Source: an uncultured virus (IMG/VR IMGVR_UViG_3300008107_000058)
Taxonomy: Duplodnaviria > Heunggongvirae > Uroviricota > Caudoviricetes
DNA: 64,000 nucleotides
Strand: one strand, 5' to 3'
Virus record (IMG/VR): IMGVR_UViG_3300008107_000058
In this document: positions 53,466 through 63,986 of the stretch, piece by piece
How positions within the stretch are numbered: position 1 is the stretch's first letter
Layout: every line of letters starts with the position of its first letter
Notes under the pieces: generated by a model
The model's input: the letters and a program-made list of their open reading frames with translations, nothing else
Told to the model about the DNA's origin: nothing
Databases searched by the model: none
Position numbers and translations under genes: made by a program

Positions 53466-53866
53466 ACTGGCCAATGATACTCTAGATCTGCTGGTTCGTC
53501 AAAGTATTGAGAGTAATATTCATAATCTTTTCTAAGCAGGTTGGATCTATGTGACTTATGAAAACTATCGTCACCAAACCAGGTTGGATAAATTATATTG
53601 GAATGATCAATGGTTTCAAACTTCATTGTGTTTTTATAGCCTCTATCTATCCATTCTAAAATGGTAAAATTTTGATAGAGCTTTAAGGCTTCTTCGTGAC
53701 CTGTCCACATTCGGGTAACTGGATGATTGCGCCAACCTTTAGTTGGTGTTCTGTCCAAAAGAATATTAAGGACTTGAAAGGTTTCTACTCTTTGTTTTCC
53801 TAGCCGACGATAATCTAATACCTTAACTGATTGTATAAAGTCAGGATATGGTAGAAATGTTTGCAT
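53462..53866 (-). CDS. Pyrimidine-dimer DNA glycosylase-like protein (MSMEG_6728 type)
   Basis: MQTFLPY...LD.RRLGKQRVE..Q...GWRNHP...SHRSNLLRKD. Confidence 0.85.
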   Translation of the reverse strand: MQTFLPYPDFIQSVKVLDYRRLGKQRVETFQVLNILLDRTPTKGWRNHPVTRMWTGHEEALKLYQNFTILEWIDRGYKNTMKFETIDHSNIIYPTWFGDDSFHKSHRSNLLRKDYEYYSQYFDEPADLEYHWPV

Positions 53867-55037
53867 TTAATTCAACCTTTAATGATTCTAATCCGTTGAT
53901 TACTGAAGTAACAGGAAGGCTTACTGCTTCCCATGAGGTTATTCTACCAGCTAATCTATCAAATAACACCTTTAAACCTTCTTCTATTTCTGCCTTTGCC
54001 AAAGCGTGACCTAGGCAATAGTGTAGGCCGGAACCAAAAGAAAGTGTTTTAGCTATATCAGTTCTTTTTTCCATAATTGAATTTGGTTCAAAAAAAACTT
54101 TTGGATCAAAGTTTCCTGAAACAACATTTAAATACACTAAGGTTCCCTTAGGAAATAAAACATTATTATAAACAATATCCTCTGAAGCTATTCTAACTGT
54201 GCCTCTTAAAACAGAATCATGTCTGATTACATCATCTAAAGATTCTTTAATGTTATTTTTTTCTAAATTATTTTTTAAAATAGTTTTAGAAGAAAGACCT
54301 AACTGACAACGAGTTGTGTCTATTCCACTAGCAATTATGATTTCAATTAACATTATTAGTTCTTCGGTAGACAATTTGTCTCCGTTTTCTTCTGAAATAA
54401 TTAAACTAGATAAAAGATCATCTGTTAGATTTTTTCTTTTCTCATTAATTAAATTAGAAGTATATTCATCAAATTCTTTTTGTGCGACAGAAACTTTATC
54501 ATGATTAATTTCTCCATTTAGATTAAAGATATTAAACATTAGATGAGACCAATCGCTAAACATCTTCCAATCAGCGTCTGGTATACCAAATAGCTTACAT
54601 AAAATTGGTATTGGATAATAATTAAAGATATCTTTTTGTAGATCTACTGTACTTTTACCGTCTAATGAATCAATCAATTCATTCATTAATGAAACCATAA
54701 AAGGTCTAAGATTATCAGAGTGCTTAGCTGTAAAAGCTGGCATTACTAATTTTTTTAATCTAAGATGAGCTTCACCATTAAGGGCCATTAAACCCTTTTT
54801 TCTTCTCTGTTTAAATTCCATAGGAAGATTGCTATTTAATTCAGCGAGCAACCCTATGGCTGTATGCCAACGACTATCTTTTAATATATTGTTAATGTCT
54901 TCATGTCTAAAGAGTACATAGCCTATATTATTTTTACCTATCCAAGTTTGCTCTCGTAAAGAAAATGTTTCTTCTCTTTGTTCAAATCTAGTATATGTAT
55001 TTTTAACAAAAGGAATATCTAACTCGCTGACAAGCAT
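53841..55037 (-). CDS. Cytochrome P450
   Basis: H.RLKKL...FT, SGIDTT I-helix, heme motif FGSGLHYCLG; ExxR appears as DVIR. Confidence 0.9.
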   Translation of the reverse strand: MLVSELDIPFVKNTYTRFEQREETFSLREQTWIGKNNIGYVLFRHEDINNILKDSRWHTAIGLLAELNSNLPMEFKQRRKKGLMALNGEAHLRLKKLVMPAFTAKHSDNLRPFMVSLMNELIDSLDGKSTVDLQKDIFNYYPIPILCKLFGIPDADWKMFSDWSHLMFNIFNLNGEINHDKVSVAQKEFDEYTSNLINEKRKNLTDDLLSSLIISEENGDKLSTEELIMLIEIIIASGIDTTRCQLGLSSKTILKNNLEKNNIKESLDDVIRHDSVLRGTVRIASEDIVYNNVLFPKGTLVYLNVVSGNFDPKVFFEPNSIMEKRTDIAKTLSFGSGLHYCLGHALAKAEIEEGLKVLFDRLAGRITSWEAVSLPVTSVINGLESLKVELNANISTIS

Positions 55038-55043
55038 TTGATA

Positions 55044-55442
55044 TTAACCCTTCTTGAATTCAGTCCAAGTTTTGTCGCCAACTCCATAGTATTCTCTTGC
55101 AAGCCCTGCTGTAACTATATCGGTATTTAAGCAGTTGCCAGCTTCATCCCAAACTTTAGCTAGAACTCTACCATATTTTTCATTCTTATCAATGATGGTT
55201 TCTATTTTAACCCAGTTGCCGGCTTTCTGTAGCCATTGATCAGTAAATTCTTTTGCAGCTAAACCTTGTTTCTTCTCTTCGATATTTGAAGTTCTACTCT
55301 CTGGCGTATTAACGCCATAAAGACGAACTCTACCCTTCTTAAGCACGTCGAAACCAAGGTCAATTACGATATCAAAGGTATCGCCATCAACTACTTTTTT
55401 TACTTCTGCATTATAAATCCATGGATTTAATTTATCACTCAT
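55044..55442 (-). CDS. Thermonuclease (SNase-like)
   Basis: VVDGDT, RVRLYGVNTPE, EKYGRVLA. Confidence 0.9.
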   Translation of the reverse strand: MSDKLNPWIYNAEVKKVVDGDTFDIVIDLGFDVLKKGRVRLYGVNTPESRTSNIEEKKQGLAAKEFTDQWLQKAGNWVKIETIIDKNEKYGRVLAKVWDEAGNCLNTDIVTAGLAREYYGVGDKTWTEFKKG

Positions 55443-55443
55443 T

Positions 55444-56259
55444 TTAATCTCTCTCTATTCCTATATGATCGCATGCTTTTCTAAATATTTCTCTTGAGAT
55501 AGGAAAATATCTGTCAGCATGGCTTATTCCCTGTCCTGGTTTAGGGGTAGAGGCATGCCAGCTGTGCCCTATCGACACAGACCCATCATATACAACGTTG
55601 TAGCCTAGGTGTCTTGCAAAATATGAACACCAAGTTTCTTCGTAATAATGCGGCGTGGGAAGAAAAGCTCCTATTGCATCAGGATACAACTCTCTGTATT
55701 GCGGGTTATTTGTCATGTTTTCCCATACATCTCTTCTTACAAAATACGCTGATCCAGATACTGTAACACATTCGATTTGATCTTTATATAGAACATCTTC
55801 TGGATCGTGCTCTCTCCAGCCTCTATGTTTTGGTGCAGTATTGCTTCCGATAATTCCAGCGTGTGTAATATACCCATTTTCGTCTCTTTGTTTTGGACCA
55901 AGGATATGTATATTTGGATTGTTGGCAAAGATCTTTTCTATATTTAAACAGTCTTGGCTAGTCATCCAAACGTCACCGTTTAAAACTCCTATAATTTCTG
56001 CCCCACTTGTATTTGCCATTTTATTTATAGCAGCAGAGTAGCCTATATTTTGTCTAAGGTAAGTTCTATTAATCCAATACTTTTCTTCGTTCTCTCTAAG
56101 CCATGGAATAAAGTCATCTGTAGATTCATTGTCTGTAATATACAGGTTCCAATTCTTTGCGAGCGCGCCATTTGGACTATACATATCTGAATGCAAAGTG
56201 TCCAAAAATCTTTGCAATAACGGTCTTGTATTATAGTTTACTACGCATAGATCAATCAT
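55444..56259 (-). CDS. Glycosyltransferase family 2
   Basis: VVNYNT, DNESTD, NIGY, LNGD, VSGS, YYEE. Confidence 0.85.
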   Translation of the reverse strand: MIDLCVVNYNTRPLLQRFLDTLHSDMYSPNGALAKNWNLYITDNESTDDFIPWLRENEEKYWINRTYLRQNIGYSAAINKMANTSGAEIIGVLNGDVWMTSQDCLNIEKIFANNPNIHILGPKQRDENGYITHAGIIGSNTAPKHRGWREHDPEDVLYKDQIECVTVSGSAYFVRRDVWENMTNNPQYRELYPDAIGAFLPTPHYYEETWCSYFARHLGYNVVYDGSVSIGHSWHASTPKPGQGISHADRYFPISREIFRKACDHIGIERD

Positions 56260-56985
56260 TAAATTTTTCTCCCATTTCAATACATTCTTTTTGCACTATA
56301 TCAAAAGCTAATTGTGCACTAAAACCACTTGACATTAGGTCAAAAAAGAATTCAGAACCAACTTTATCAGAGCTTAAATCAAACTCTGAAAGTCTGTTTA
56401 CATAGTGAGCTATGCTCGGTTGATTATTTGCAATGTGTTTTTTAAATTTGTTTTTAGTAAACGATCCAGCTATTAAACCAATAGAAAAACAGCCTAAAAG
56501 AAAAACTAAAACTTCACCATTCTTCTTCTTGTCCATCGTCCTGACCTGTGTAATATGTTTCATTCATCCATTTTACTACATCTTCTGATATAGATATCCA
56601 GGATTGTTTTTCCTCATGTGTTTCTGAAGCTTCACTAAGATAGATGTAGGTTTCAGCGATGTGTTGCAGGACTTCTATATTTGTAACAAAAATAGCTTGT
56701 CCAGGCATCAGTTTAACGGATACTTTTTTCTTTAGCCCTTTACTCATTTTCTGTTTTCTTCTCTTTTTTTTCTTTAATATCTGCATTCAAAACCTCTTCT
56801 TCATCAACCTTGTAGACTGAAAGTTGATTAGTATCTGGTTCAAATGTTATAAATAAAACTTTTTTATCAGCTAGAGAGCATCCTTCTGGTGGCGCAGATT
56901 CTAAGGCTATCTTCTTTGAAGAGCAACCATACACTTGACTATGGCCGGCGTAGATTACTACGTAGTTAACTTTTGATGCAGCCAT
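56252..56985 (-). other. Three small hypothetical CDS (about 56252-56536, about 56514-56747, 56740-56985)
   Basis: Overlapping short ORFs in operon. Confidence 0.55.
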
Positions 56986-57443
56986 TACTTTACCCTATGT
57001 GTTCTTACTTTTGCAGTGTTTAAAAACATTTCAATGGAATCCCAGTTTTCATAATCTTTATCTGCTACATAATACAAATCTGTTATTGTGCTATTAGCTA
57101 TCAACTTAGCGCAGGTTAAACACGGAGGTCCGTTGACATAAAGTTTTTTAGGTCGTGAGCTATAATCTGAATGCAGAAGTGCATTTGCTTCTGCGTGAAT
57201 CGCTATACAGTTGTCATAGTTTGTTCCATTTGGTGACATTTCCTGAAATCTAGGACATCCACCATCTTCACAGTGAACAGAATTTCTTGGTCCACCATTG
57301 TATCCAAAGCCAACAATGTGACCGTATTCGTCTACCAATATAGCTGCGTATTTCTTTTTTCCACACGTAGAAAAAATAGTTGCCGCACTGTAACACATCT
57401 GCATGTACTGCAGATCTTTTCTAGTTAAGTCTCCGTAAGTCAT
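56985..57443 (-). CDS. dCMP deaminase
   Basis: GYNG, HAEANA, PCLTC. Confidence 0.9.
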   Translation of the reverse strand: MTYGDLTRKDLQYMQMCYSAATIFSTCGKKKYAAILVDEYGHIVGFGYNGGPRNSVHCEDGGCPRFQEMSPNGTNYDNCIAIHAEANALLHSDYSSRPKKLYVNGPPCLTCAKLIANSTITDLYYVADKDYENWDSIEMFLNTAKVRTHRVK

Positions 57444-57596
57444 AATAAGTAAATTATATACCCGCTAATTATTCCCGATATTAACAATAGTATACCAGAT
57501 CTTAGTCTAACATTCTTAGACTCTGATACTTGAAACAGTATAGATAAGCTTATCATCCAATTGAGTAAAATTGAATAAAGTATGATGCAGATAATG

Positions 57597-58307
57597 CTAA
57601 GCATAGGAGTACTTGCCAACTAAAGCTTTAATTGATACTGGATATAAATCTTTAATTAGATGCAAAACAGCTTCAGCGTAGTCTCTTATTTCCTCTTGTG
57701 CTTGCTCTTCTAGTCTTTGGACTAGGAATAGACACGCAGACTGAAGACTGCAGGACCATCTATAAACTACATGCATTGAGTAGGCTGGTAAAAATAATCT
57801 TGCTTGTTCTGGAGCAATTCCAGATTCCATAGCAAGGTTGTAATAAGCCTCACCCTGTTCAATATACCTAATTAATTGCTCAGATAGAGCAGCTCCAGTG
57901 AATGGATCACATAATCCAGCGGAGCCTTGTTTCTTATCTTCTGGAGCAAGACGCCACTGATTAGAGCGTGGCACATAAAACTCTGGTTCCATAGTCACGT
58001 ATCTTCTAGATGATTCGTTCCATGAATCCATAGTATGATCAGAGCCAACAACATACTTCCAATGTTGGCGAGCAACCATTAAGGGAGCTTTAAATTCAAA
58101 TGTAATAAATGCGTGACGGAATGGGGACATATGATTTTCTCTTGCAAGAAAGTCTATCAATCTTGCATCACTAGTAGAAAACTCTTTACTTTCTTTAGCA
58201 AAGGAAGCTCTAGCAGCATTTACTACAGATAAATCGGAACCCATATGGTCAACAAGTCTTACATAACCATTATTTAATACTGTTACTAAATTATTTTCAC
58301 TCATCAT
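57597..58307 (-). CDS. thyX: Flavin-dependent thymidylate synthase
   Basis: VVNAAR.S, H.SPF, ARQ, NESSRRY, EQAR..LP, AQ.EIR; usual RHR motif diverged (KYV). Confidence 0.9.
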   Translation of the reverse strand: MMSENNLVTVLNNGYVRLVDHMGSDLSVVNAARASFAKESKEFSTSDARLIDFLARENHMSPFRHAFITFEFKAPLMVARQHWKYVVGSDHTMDSWNESSRRYVTMEPEFYVPRSNQWRLAPEDKKQGSAGLCDPFTGAALSEQLIRYIEQGEAYYNLAMESGIAPEQARLFLPAYSMHVVYRWSCSLQSACLFLVQRLEEQAQEEIRDYAEAVLHLIKDLYPVSIKALVGKYSYA

Positions 58308-58665
58308 CTTCTTCGTTTTCTTCATTCTCATCTTCTAATAATTCAGATTCTTCAATAAATAATTCTACCATATATTCGTCCAAATCCTCAGTTAACTTAT
58401 ATATAGTTCCAAGCAAATCTCTTAATTCATCGTCTAAAGTATATCCATCTATTGAGATAAAACTTAGAGCTAGTTCGGAAACATGAGTAGTGGCCCTAGA
58501 TAAAGATTGAATTATAAAATTAAACTCTTTTAAAAGAGATTCAGTAGAAACCTTTTCTATATTGATAACTGCATCAACTTCGTGAGATTTCATATCTTCA
58601 AGGCCATCTGACCCTATCATCTCTTCAAAGATCTTGTCTATATCATCATCTTCAAATTCTGACAT
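58297..58665 (-). CDS. Acidic hypothetical protein
   Basis: 122-aa ORF. Confidence 0.65.
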   Translation of the reverse strand: MSEFEDDDIDKIFEEMIGSDGLEDMKSHEVDAVINIEKVSTESLLKEFNFIIQSLSRATTHVSELALSFISIDGYTLDDELRDLLGTIYKLTEDLDEYMVELFIEESELLEDENEENEEDDE

Positions 58666-58674
58666 TTTTTATCT

Positions 58675-60622
58675 TTACTTAGTATTTTCCTTAATGAATT
58701 TAATCTCACATGCATCAGTTGTACAGTAGTTTTCACCGATTGCATCGGACGCCATTCCAGCATAAACTCCTGAGAAGTCAATTGGAAAAAGCTTCCCAGC
58801 GTATGACTCATACTCTTCTTCTGTTATTTGAGTATATGGCATTTGCGGGTATGTTGCATTTCCTTCTGGAAGGAAGGATACAGTTTTTAACTGACCATCA
58901 TACATGTGAAGAACAGTTCCTACATAGTCTTTTTCTTTTTCTGCATTAAAGGATATTGTTACGGAGACTGAGTTGTCAGACCAGTATCTTTGTGCAGCTG
59001 CGGCTAATGCCATCTTTTCAAAGATTGTAACTTCTTTTTCAGATCTCTTTGCGTCAGACTTAATAGGGAAGTAAACAACAGAGGTTGTATCTGGTGATTC
59101 AGAAGCTGGCTCTACTAATACCAAGCCACTCTGAGTAGACAGTATCATAATTCTTTACTATCTTGTAACCTTCGTCCATCCAGTCTCTAAGTACTGGCAT
59201 ACCTACACGGTCTGCAAAGTTTGCAACACCGGACATTGATGTACCAATGCGACGATTACGCTGCATGATTGCATTAGTCTCTTCCCAGTGAGTTGGAAGA
59301 AGTGTTACCGTCTTTGCGTACAGGTAAGCAAACTTTAAAGTTCTCTTATAGTCTTCTAATGATTCATGACGGTTCAAGTAAGTTTCAACAAGCGTACAGC
59401 ACTCGTATGACTCTAAGGACTGTTCTGCACATGGGTTATAGCCGGCAACACGCCAGTCTTTATTGTTTGGAGCATCTGCTAAACGTCCATACTTTCTGGA
59501 CATATCAAGCCAAATAACACCTGGTTCGCCATTTCTAGCTATTCCATCTACGATTGGAGAAAGGTCTTGACCAACAGAAACTTCTACTGAGTTGTTTGAC
59601 ATCCAGCCCCAACCAGGGCTTTCTGAATTATAGGAATTTCTTTCTGGAAAAACTTCTGAATTCTTAAGATTCAAAAAGTCTTGGTCATCGATTCTTCCTA
59701 TAAGAAGCTCTGCTGATCTTCTTACATTTCCAGACACAACGCAAACTCCAATCAAGTTGCCAATATCTGCTATGTCTTTTCTAGAAAGCTTATCCCCATC
59801 TCTTCCTTTGAAGAGCTTGTTAATTGCGTTATGAAGCTTAATCAAAGGACCAGGTCCCGATGCTGTTCCTCCAAATGTTTTAATAGGAGTACCTGCAGGG
59901 CGAACTAAAGAATAATCAAATTCAATTGGGCTTTGATCAGATTTTAAATATGAGTTAATGAGATTGGTTACAGATTGAACCCAACCTTCTCTGCTGTCTT
60001 CTATTACTTCAACAATAGTTGCTTTTGAGGATTCATAAATTGGGAAATCTTTATCTGCACCCTTGTCATCAAAACCAACACCAACACCAAGCATTGAAGC
60101 TTCCATAAGAAATGCAAATGGTTTTGCGGGATTAAACTTATTCATCTCGGCAGTAGATACAAAGGCACAGTTCTGTAGTGCAGCTGAGTTTCTCTGTACA
60201 TTAACTATAGGAGTTCCCATAACCCAAAGTCCACGACCTGGTGGAGTCCACTTAAGGTTAAAAAGACGATCAAAGGCTTCCTTGGCCGAAGCTTGCGCTT
60301 TTGCATCGTTCCATGGGAGTCTGTTTCTCTTACAATGATCCTTTTGCAATGAGTACATACCGTTAATGACACGCTCGCAAACATCAACCCATGTTTCTTT
60401 AGTGCCATCTTCTTTAAGGCGAGAGTAAGTGCGAAGAAATGTTATTTCACCTACAGAGTTACCGCCGGCGTCTTTGTAACCAAAAGGAGGTGTTTTTGTT
60501 TTATAACCAGAAAGAAAGTCATCACTTATTCTAAAGGAGAACATGCTGGTAGTTTTACTGTTATTTATAGCTGCGTTAAAGTTCGTAGTTGTTTGCTCTT
60601 GCGTTGTTGCCTCTGCGGACAT
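58675..60622 (-). pseudogene. nrdJ: Class II (B12-dependent) ribonucleotide reductase, interrupted near 59115 by an apparent out-of-frame internal deletion
   Basis: PPGRG, NCAF, GNVRRSA, NPCAE, C-terminal CTTDAC; the expected T.KPSGT segment is absent from both frames at the junction. Confidence 0.75.
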
Positions 60623-61329
60623 TATGACTCCTTGTTTTTGGTTAATTTCTTCACGTACTTTGGATCTATCTTTGATATTTCCGTTTGTTTTATCTTACTT
60701 ATTTGATCTGGTGTGTATATTTTATAGATTTCTTTCTCAATAAAATAACCACTTCTCCAGTTTAAGACTTTTGATATGTTCGTCTCGTGTTTTGCAAACA
60801 CGTTACATATTACTGCGCCACCATATATTTTTACTAGGTTTTCAAACTTTTTAATTAAGTCCTCTTTATTTGAGCCGATTACTTTTGTTTCTTCTGCTTT
60901 CGTATAAAGCCAATTAAAAGCCTGTCGGGTTAAGGGCAAATAATCTATAGAGTCTACAACACCATACTGTAATAGTTTCTTCCTATTATTTCTGATTTTT
61001 ATATCGTCTTCAACAACTTTTTTATACATATGAACCCAGTCTCTCTCATTGAACTGAGACCAAGTAGGGCACCAAAATAAAAGATTTTGTGGAGGATCTG
61101 GAATTACTTTTTTATCGTAGATAGGAATCAAGCTGGCGCAAGCTATAGATTTTCTCATGTGCATTTTTGCTGAGTCATCCTCAGTAATTTTGTTTTTTGT
61201 ATTAGCCCAAAATTTTGCAATGTGTGGCTTCCAGTCAATGTCTGAAACATATATCCTAAGGTACATGTCCGCAACGTTTGTGGGTAGTGATTCACCATTA
61301 ACAACCTTTTGCAGATCTTCAATTAACAT
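60622..61329 (-). CDS. Hypothetical protein
   Basis: 235-aa ORF. Confidence 0.7.
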   Translation of the reverse strand: MLIEDLQKVVNGESLPTNVADMYLRIYVSDIDWKPHIAKFWANTKNKITEDDSAKMHMRKSIACASLIPIYDKKVIPDPPQNLLFWCPTWSQFNERDWVHMYKKVVEDDIKIRNNRKKLLQYGVVDSIDYLPLTRQAFNWLYTKAEETKVIGSNKEDLIKKFENLVKIYGGAVICNVFAKHETNISKVLNWRSGYFIEKEIYKIYTPDQISKIKQTEISKIDPKYVKKLTKNKES

Positions 61330-61380
61330 ATAACCTTTATACCTCTACCTAAACTTACTGAAACCTATAAAACTACTTAC

Positions 61381-61410
61381 AAAAGAGAAAAACCCGCTCA
61401 TACGAGCGGG
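61381..61410 (-). terminator. Intrinsic terminator
   Basis: CCCGCTC-gtat-GAGCGGG followed by TTTTTCTCTTTT on the - strand. Confidence 0.75.
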
Positions 61411-61473
61411 AGTTTCTAGTAATCCGCCTACAACATTATATCATCGTAATGATGAATTGCGTATGTGTGTAGA

Positions 61474-61782
61474 CTATTTGGTAATCTTTCTTCTAACATC
61501 TTTTTCTAGCATGAGGTGAAATGTTACAATCATCCACGCTGCCATTACTGGAAACTTAGACATTTTACCTTCTGATAGTCTCCAGAAACTTCTAGTTAGA
61601 GTTTCTGCTTTTTTGCTTTTGATGGCGAATATATCATACCCTACAACAAAAGCTACTAAAGCTGCCCATCCAATTAAACCTGTTGTCCTAGAATCTTTTT
61701 CTAGATTAACAGGAGAGCTAAAATAATTAGAGAGCTTGTGAAGAGGGTACGCCTCTCCATTCTTGGATCTTGTTCTTGCCAT
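61474..61782 (-). CDS. Small membrane protein (start uncertain)
   Basis: GWAALVAFVVGYD...ETLT..F...W.IVTFHL; 3' part of ORF 61474..62016. Confidence 0.5.
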   Translation of the reverse strand: MARTRSKNGEAYPLHKLSNYFSSPVNLEKDSRTTGLIGWAALVAFVVGYDIFAIKSKKAETLTRSFWRLSEGKMSKFPVMAAWMIVTFHLMLEKDVRRKITK

Positions 61783-62362
61783 ACTCATTATCATAATCTG
61801 TAGGAAGCGCCTGACCATAGCCAGAGGTGAATACCTTTGCAGCGCTAAGACCATTATACTCGTCTGGTCTGAAAGATCCAAATGAAGCTGGTGCTCCCTG
61901 TGCATCTGTTCTTGGTGCATGACCTGTGTTAGCGAAAACGTTTGCCGATGAAACACCGTCAAAGATATAGTTATTGTAGCTATAATCGCTTGTTCTGTCA
62001 GCATGGCCAAAGCCACTTGGGAACGCTGCAGAGCCTGCTAAGCCCTTGTACTCCATTGGACGGAATCTTGCACCATCGTATGTTGCAGTGCCGTCTGGGA
62101 ACGTTCCAGCGAGTGGGTGAATATAAAGGCTAGTGCCGTTAAAAATTTGTGAAAGCAGCACATTGCCAGGATGATATCCAGTACCGGGGGTATGGTCATT
62201 GTCTGGTGCGCCATCTAAAATGTGGCTTGTGCTATAAAGTGGGTAATATGAATAGGTCCCTGCGCCTTTGGCCTTACCAGTCATCGTGGTATATGGATTC
62301 ACCATTGCAGCAGTGTTTTGACCCTTAAGTACAGGACGAGGTCCTACATAAAAAGTAGCCAT
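61727..62362 (-). CDS. Gly/Pro/Tyr-rich protein, possibly virion-associated
   Basis: AAGGAG RBS; TTACTATA at 62394-62401. Confidence 0.7.
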   Translation of the reverse strand: MATFYVGPRPVLKGQNTAAMVNPYTTMTGKAKGAGTYSYYPLYSTSHILDGAPDNDHTPGTGYHPGNVLLSQIFNGTSLYIHPLAGTFPDGTATYDGARFRPMEYKGLAGSAAFPSGFGHADRTSDYSYNNYIFDGVSSANVFANTGHAPRTDAQGAPASFGSFRPDEYNGLSAAKVFTSGYGQALPTDYDNEYGKNKIQEWRGVPSSQAL

Positions 62363-62419
62363 TTTAGTCTCCTTGGATAAGCTCTTAAGCTTATATAGTA
62401 ATTATGAATATTGTTATCT

Positions 62420-63673
62420 TTAGTTATAATTCACCACTAAATCAGACAAAACAGGAGCAGTGCCGTCTGGAAGCTGATTTAGGGTAACTTCTATCCAAAC
62501 AGAGTTGGATGAACCAGGATTATCTAGGGTATAGATTGACCCATCGTTGTAAATTACCCTATGACTAAATGCCTGAGATAATAAAGATGGGGAAACGTTG
62601 TATATTTTTGGGGTAACATTAGTTATTGAGCTAATAGTTTGACCCTCTGGAGCATCAAATTTAAATATCATTCTACCAGTTGGCAGAAACTTATCGTATC
62701 TAATATCTAAATCGCTTAATCCATATGTATATATTTTCTTATTATTCTCAATAAGATAATTTTTTTGTCTCATCGCTATTCTAATAGCAGTGATTTCTGA
62801 TTCTGGGAAGTAGAAAGCTATTGGTCCAGAATTTAAAATATAATCAGATCCAAGAGTTGTCCAAGACCCTGGTGGAACCTTGCCAACTGCCTCTGTGTTT
62901 CCGTCATAGAGCCTATCTCTATTAAGTGGGTACCAAACATCGTCTTCTGACATCGTTGGATTCTGAAGTGTTGTGTACTGAATAGAAAGAATATCTACGC
63001 CAAACAAAGGAAATGGATTTAGTTTTAAAAAGTTAGTTTTTTTAGAACCAGTATACTCAGATGGTATCTTTATATAGAGATACATTTGAGCCCCATAGGG
63101 AGATGTTGTTTCCGATATTATACTGCGCTTCCAGTATTTGTCTGATCTATCCAAAATAGCATTATAGACATTTGTACTATCAACAATGGCACCTTGTGTG
63201 TCGACTCCTGCAAGGTTATTTGAGACTCTTGTTTCAAAGAAGTCTGGAATGATTTGACCACTTATGCCAGTAAAGAATTTTAATTTAGAATGCGAGGATC
63301 CGTCTACTTTTGGCAGGGTGACGATATTGTAAACTGGATCATATGACAAAACTTCATCGCCCTGAAGTCCAGATTCACCACTTGGTATTGCTATATTATC
63401 TATTTGCGAATAGCTGTGGATTGAGATTAGATCTTCTGCTGCCTCTAGAGCTTTTACTCTGTCTTCCATATCTTTGATATATTGATTAATAAAGATATGA
63501 TCTTTTAAAACTCTTTGAAAAGCTTCCGTAAGCTTTTGGTCTGTTACGTTATATTTATTGTATAAATAAACTAGATCTTTGTAATTTTCTTCTATTCTTG
63601 CATTGTGATCAGAGCTGTCTACGGGGCCGTTATACTGCCTAGTTCTTTTTTGAGTGTATATAAATTCAGACAT
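62420..63673 (-). CDS. Hypothetical protein, possibly structural
   Basis: 417-aa ORF ending P.LSDL.V.Y. Confidence 0.7.
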   Translation of the reverse strand: MSEFIYTQKRTRQYNGPVDSSDHNARIEENYKDLVYLYNKYNVTDQKLTEAFQRVLKDHIFINQYIKDMEDRVKALEAAEDLISIHSYSQIDNIAIPSGESGLQGDEVLSYDPVYNIVTLPKVDGSSHSKLKFFTGISGQIIPDFFETRVSNNLAGVDTQGAIVDSTNVYNAILDRSDKYWKRSIISETTSPYGAQMYLYIKIPSEYTGSKKTNFLKLNPFPLFGVDILSIQYTTLQNPTMSEDDVWYPLNRDRLYDGNTEAVGKVPPGSWTTLGSDYILNSGPIAFYFPESEITAIRIAMRQKNYLIENNKKIYTYGLSDLDIRYDKFLPTGRMIFKFDAPEGQTISSITNVTPKIYNVSPSLLSQAFSHRVIYNDGSIYTLDNPGSSNSVWIEVTLNQLPDGTAPVLSDLVVNYN

Positions 63674-63674
63674 T

Positions 63675-63986
63675 TTATCCGTTTAGCCTTCTTTTTTCTA
63701 GCATTTTGATTTTTTTAGACAGCCTATTCATCTTTGAAGCCACTGTATCAAGAGTGTCTATTTGCACATAATCTGGAGTAGCAGAATCGCCGTAGTACTC
63801 AAATTGAATGTCGCTAAATATATAGTACTTTCCGTCATTATAATCTTCATGTATCTGAGTTTTTTCTGGATCATATTGACCCACAAAAATTCTTTGCTCA
63901 TCATATATCCTGTTATCTATATCCTGTATAGAGTCTTCAAGTCTATGCATATCGATTAGTATCTTATTCATTTCTAGATTTTCCAT
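63675..63986 (-). CDS. Hypothetical protein (may extend beyond the window)
   Basis: ORF at window edge. Confidence 0.55.
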   Translation of the reverse strand: MENLEMNKILIDMHRLEDSIQDIDNRIYDEQRIFVGQYDPEKTQIHEDYNDGKYYIFSDIQFEYYGDSATPDYVQIDTLDTVASKMNRLSKKIKMLEKRRLNG

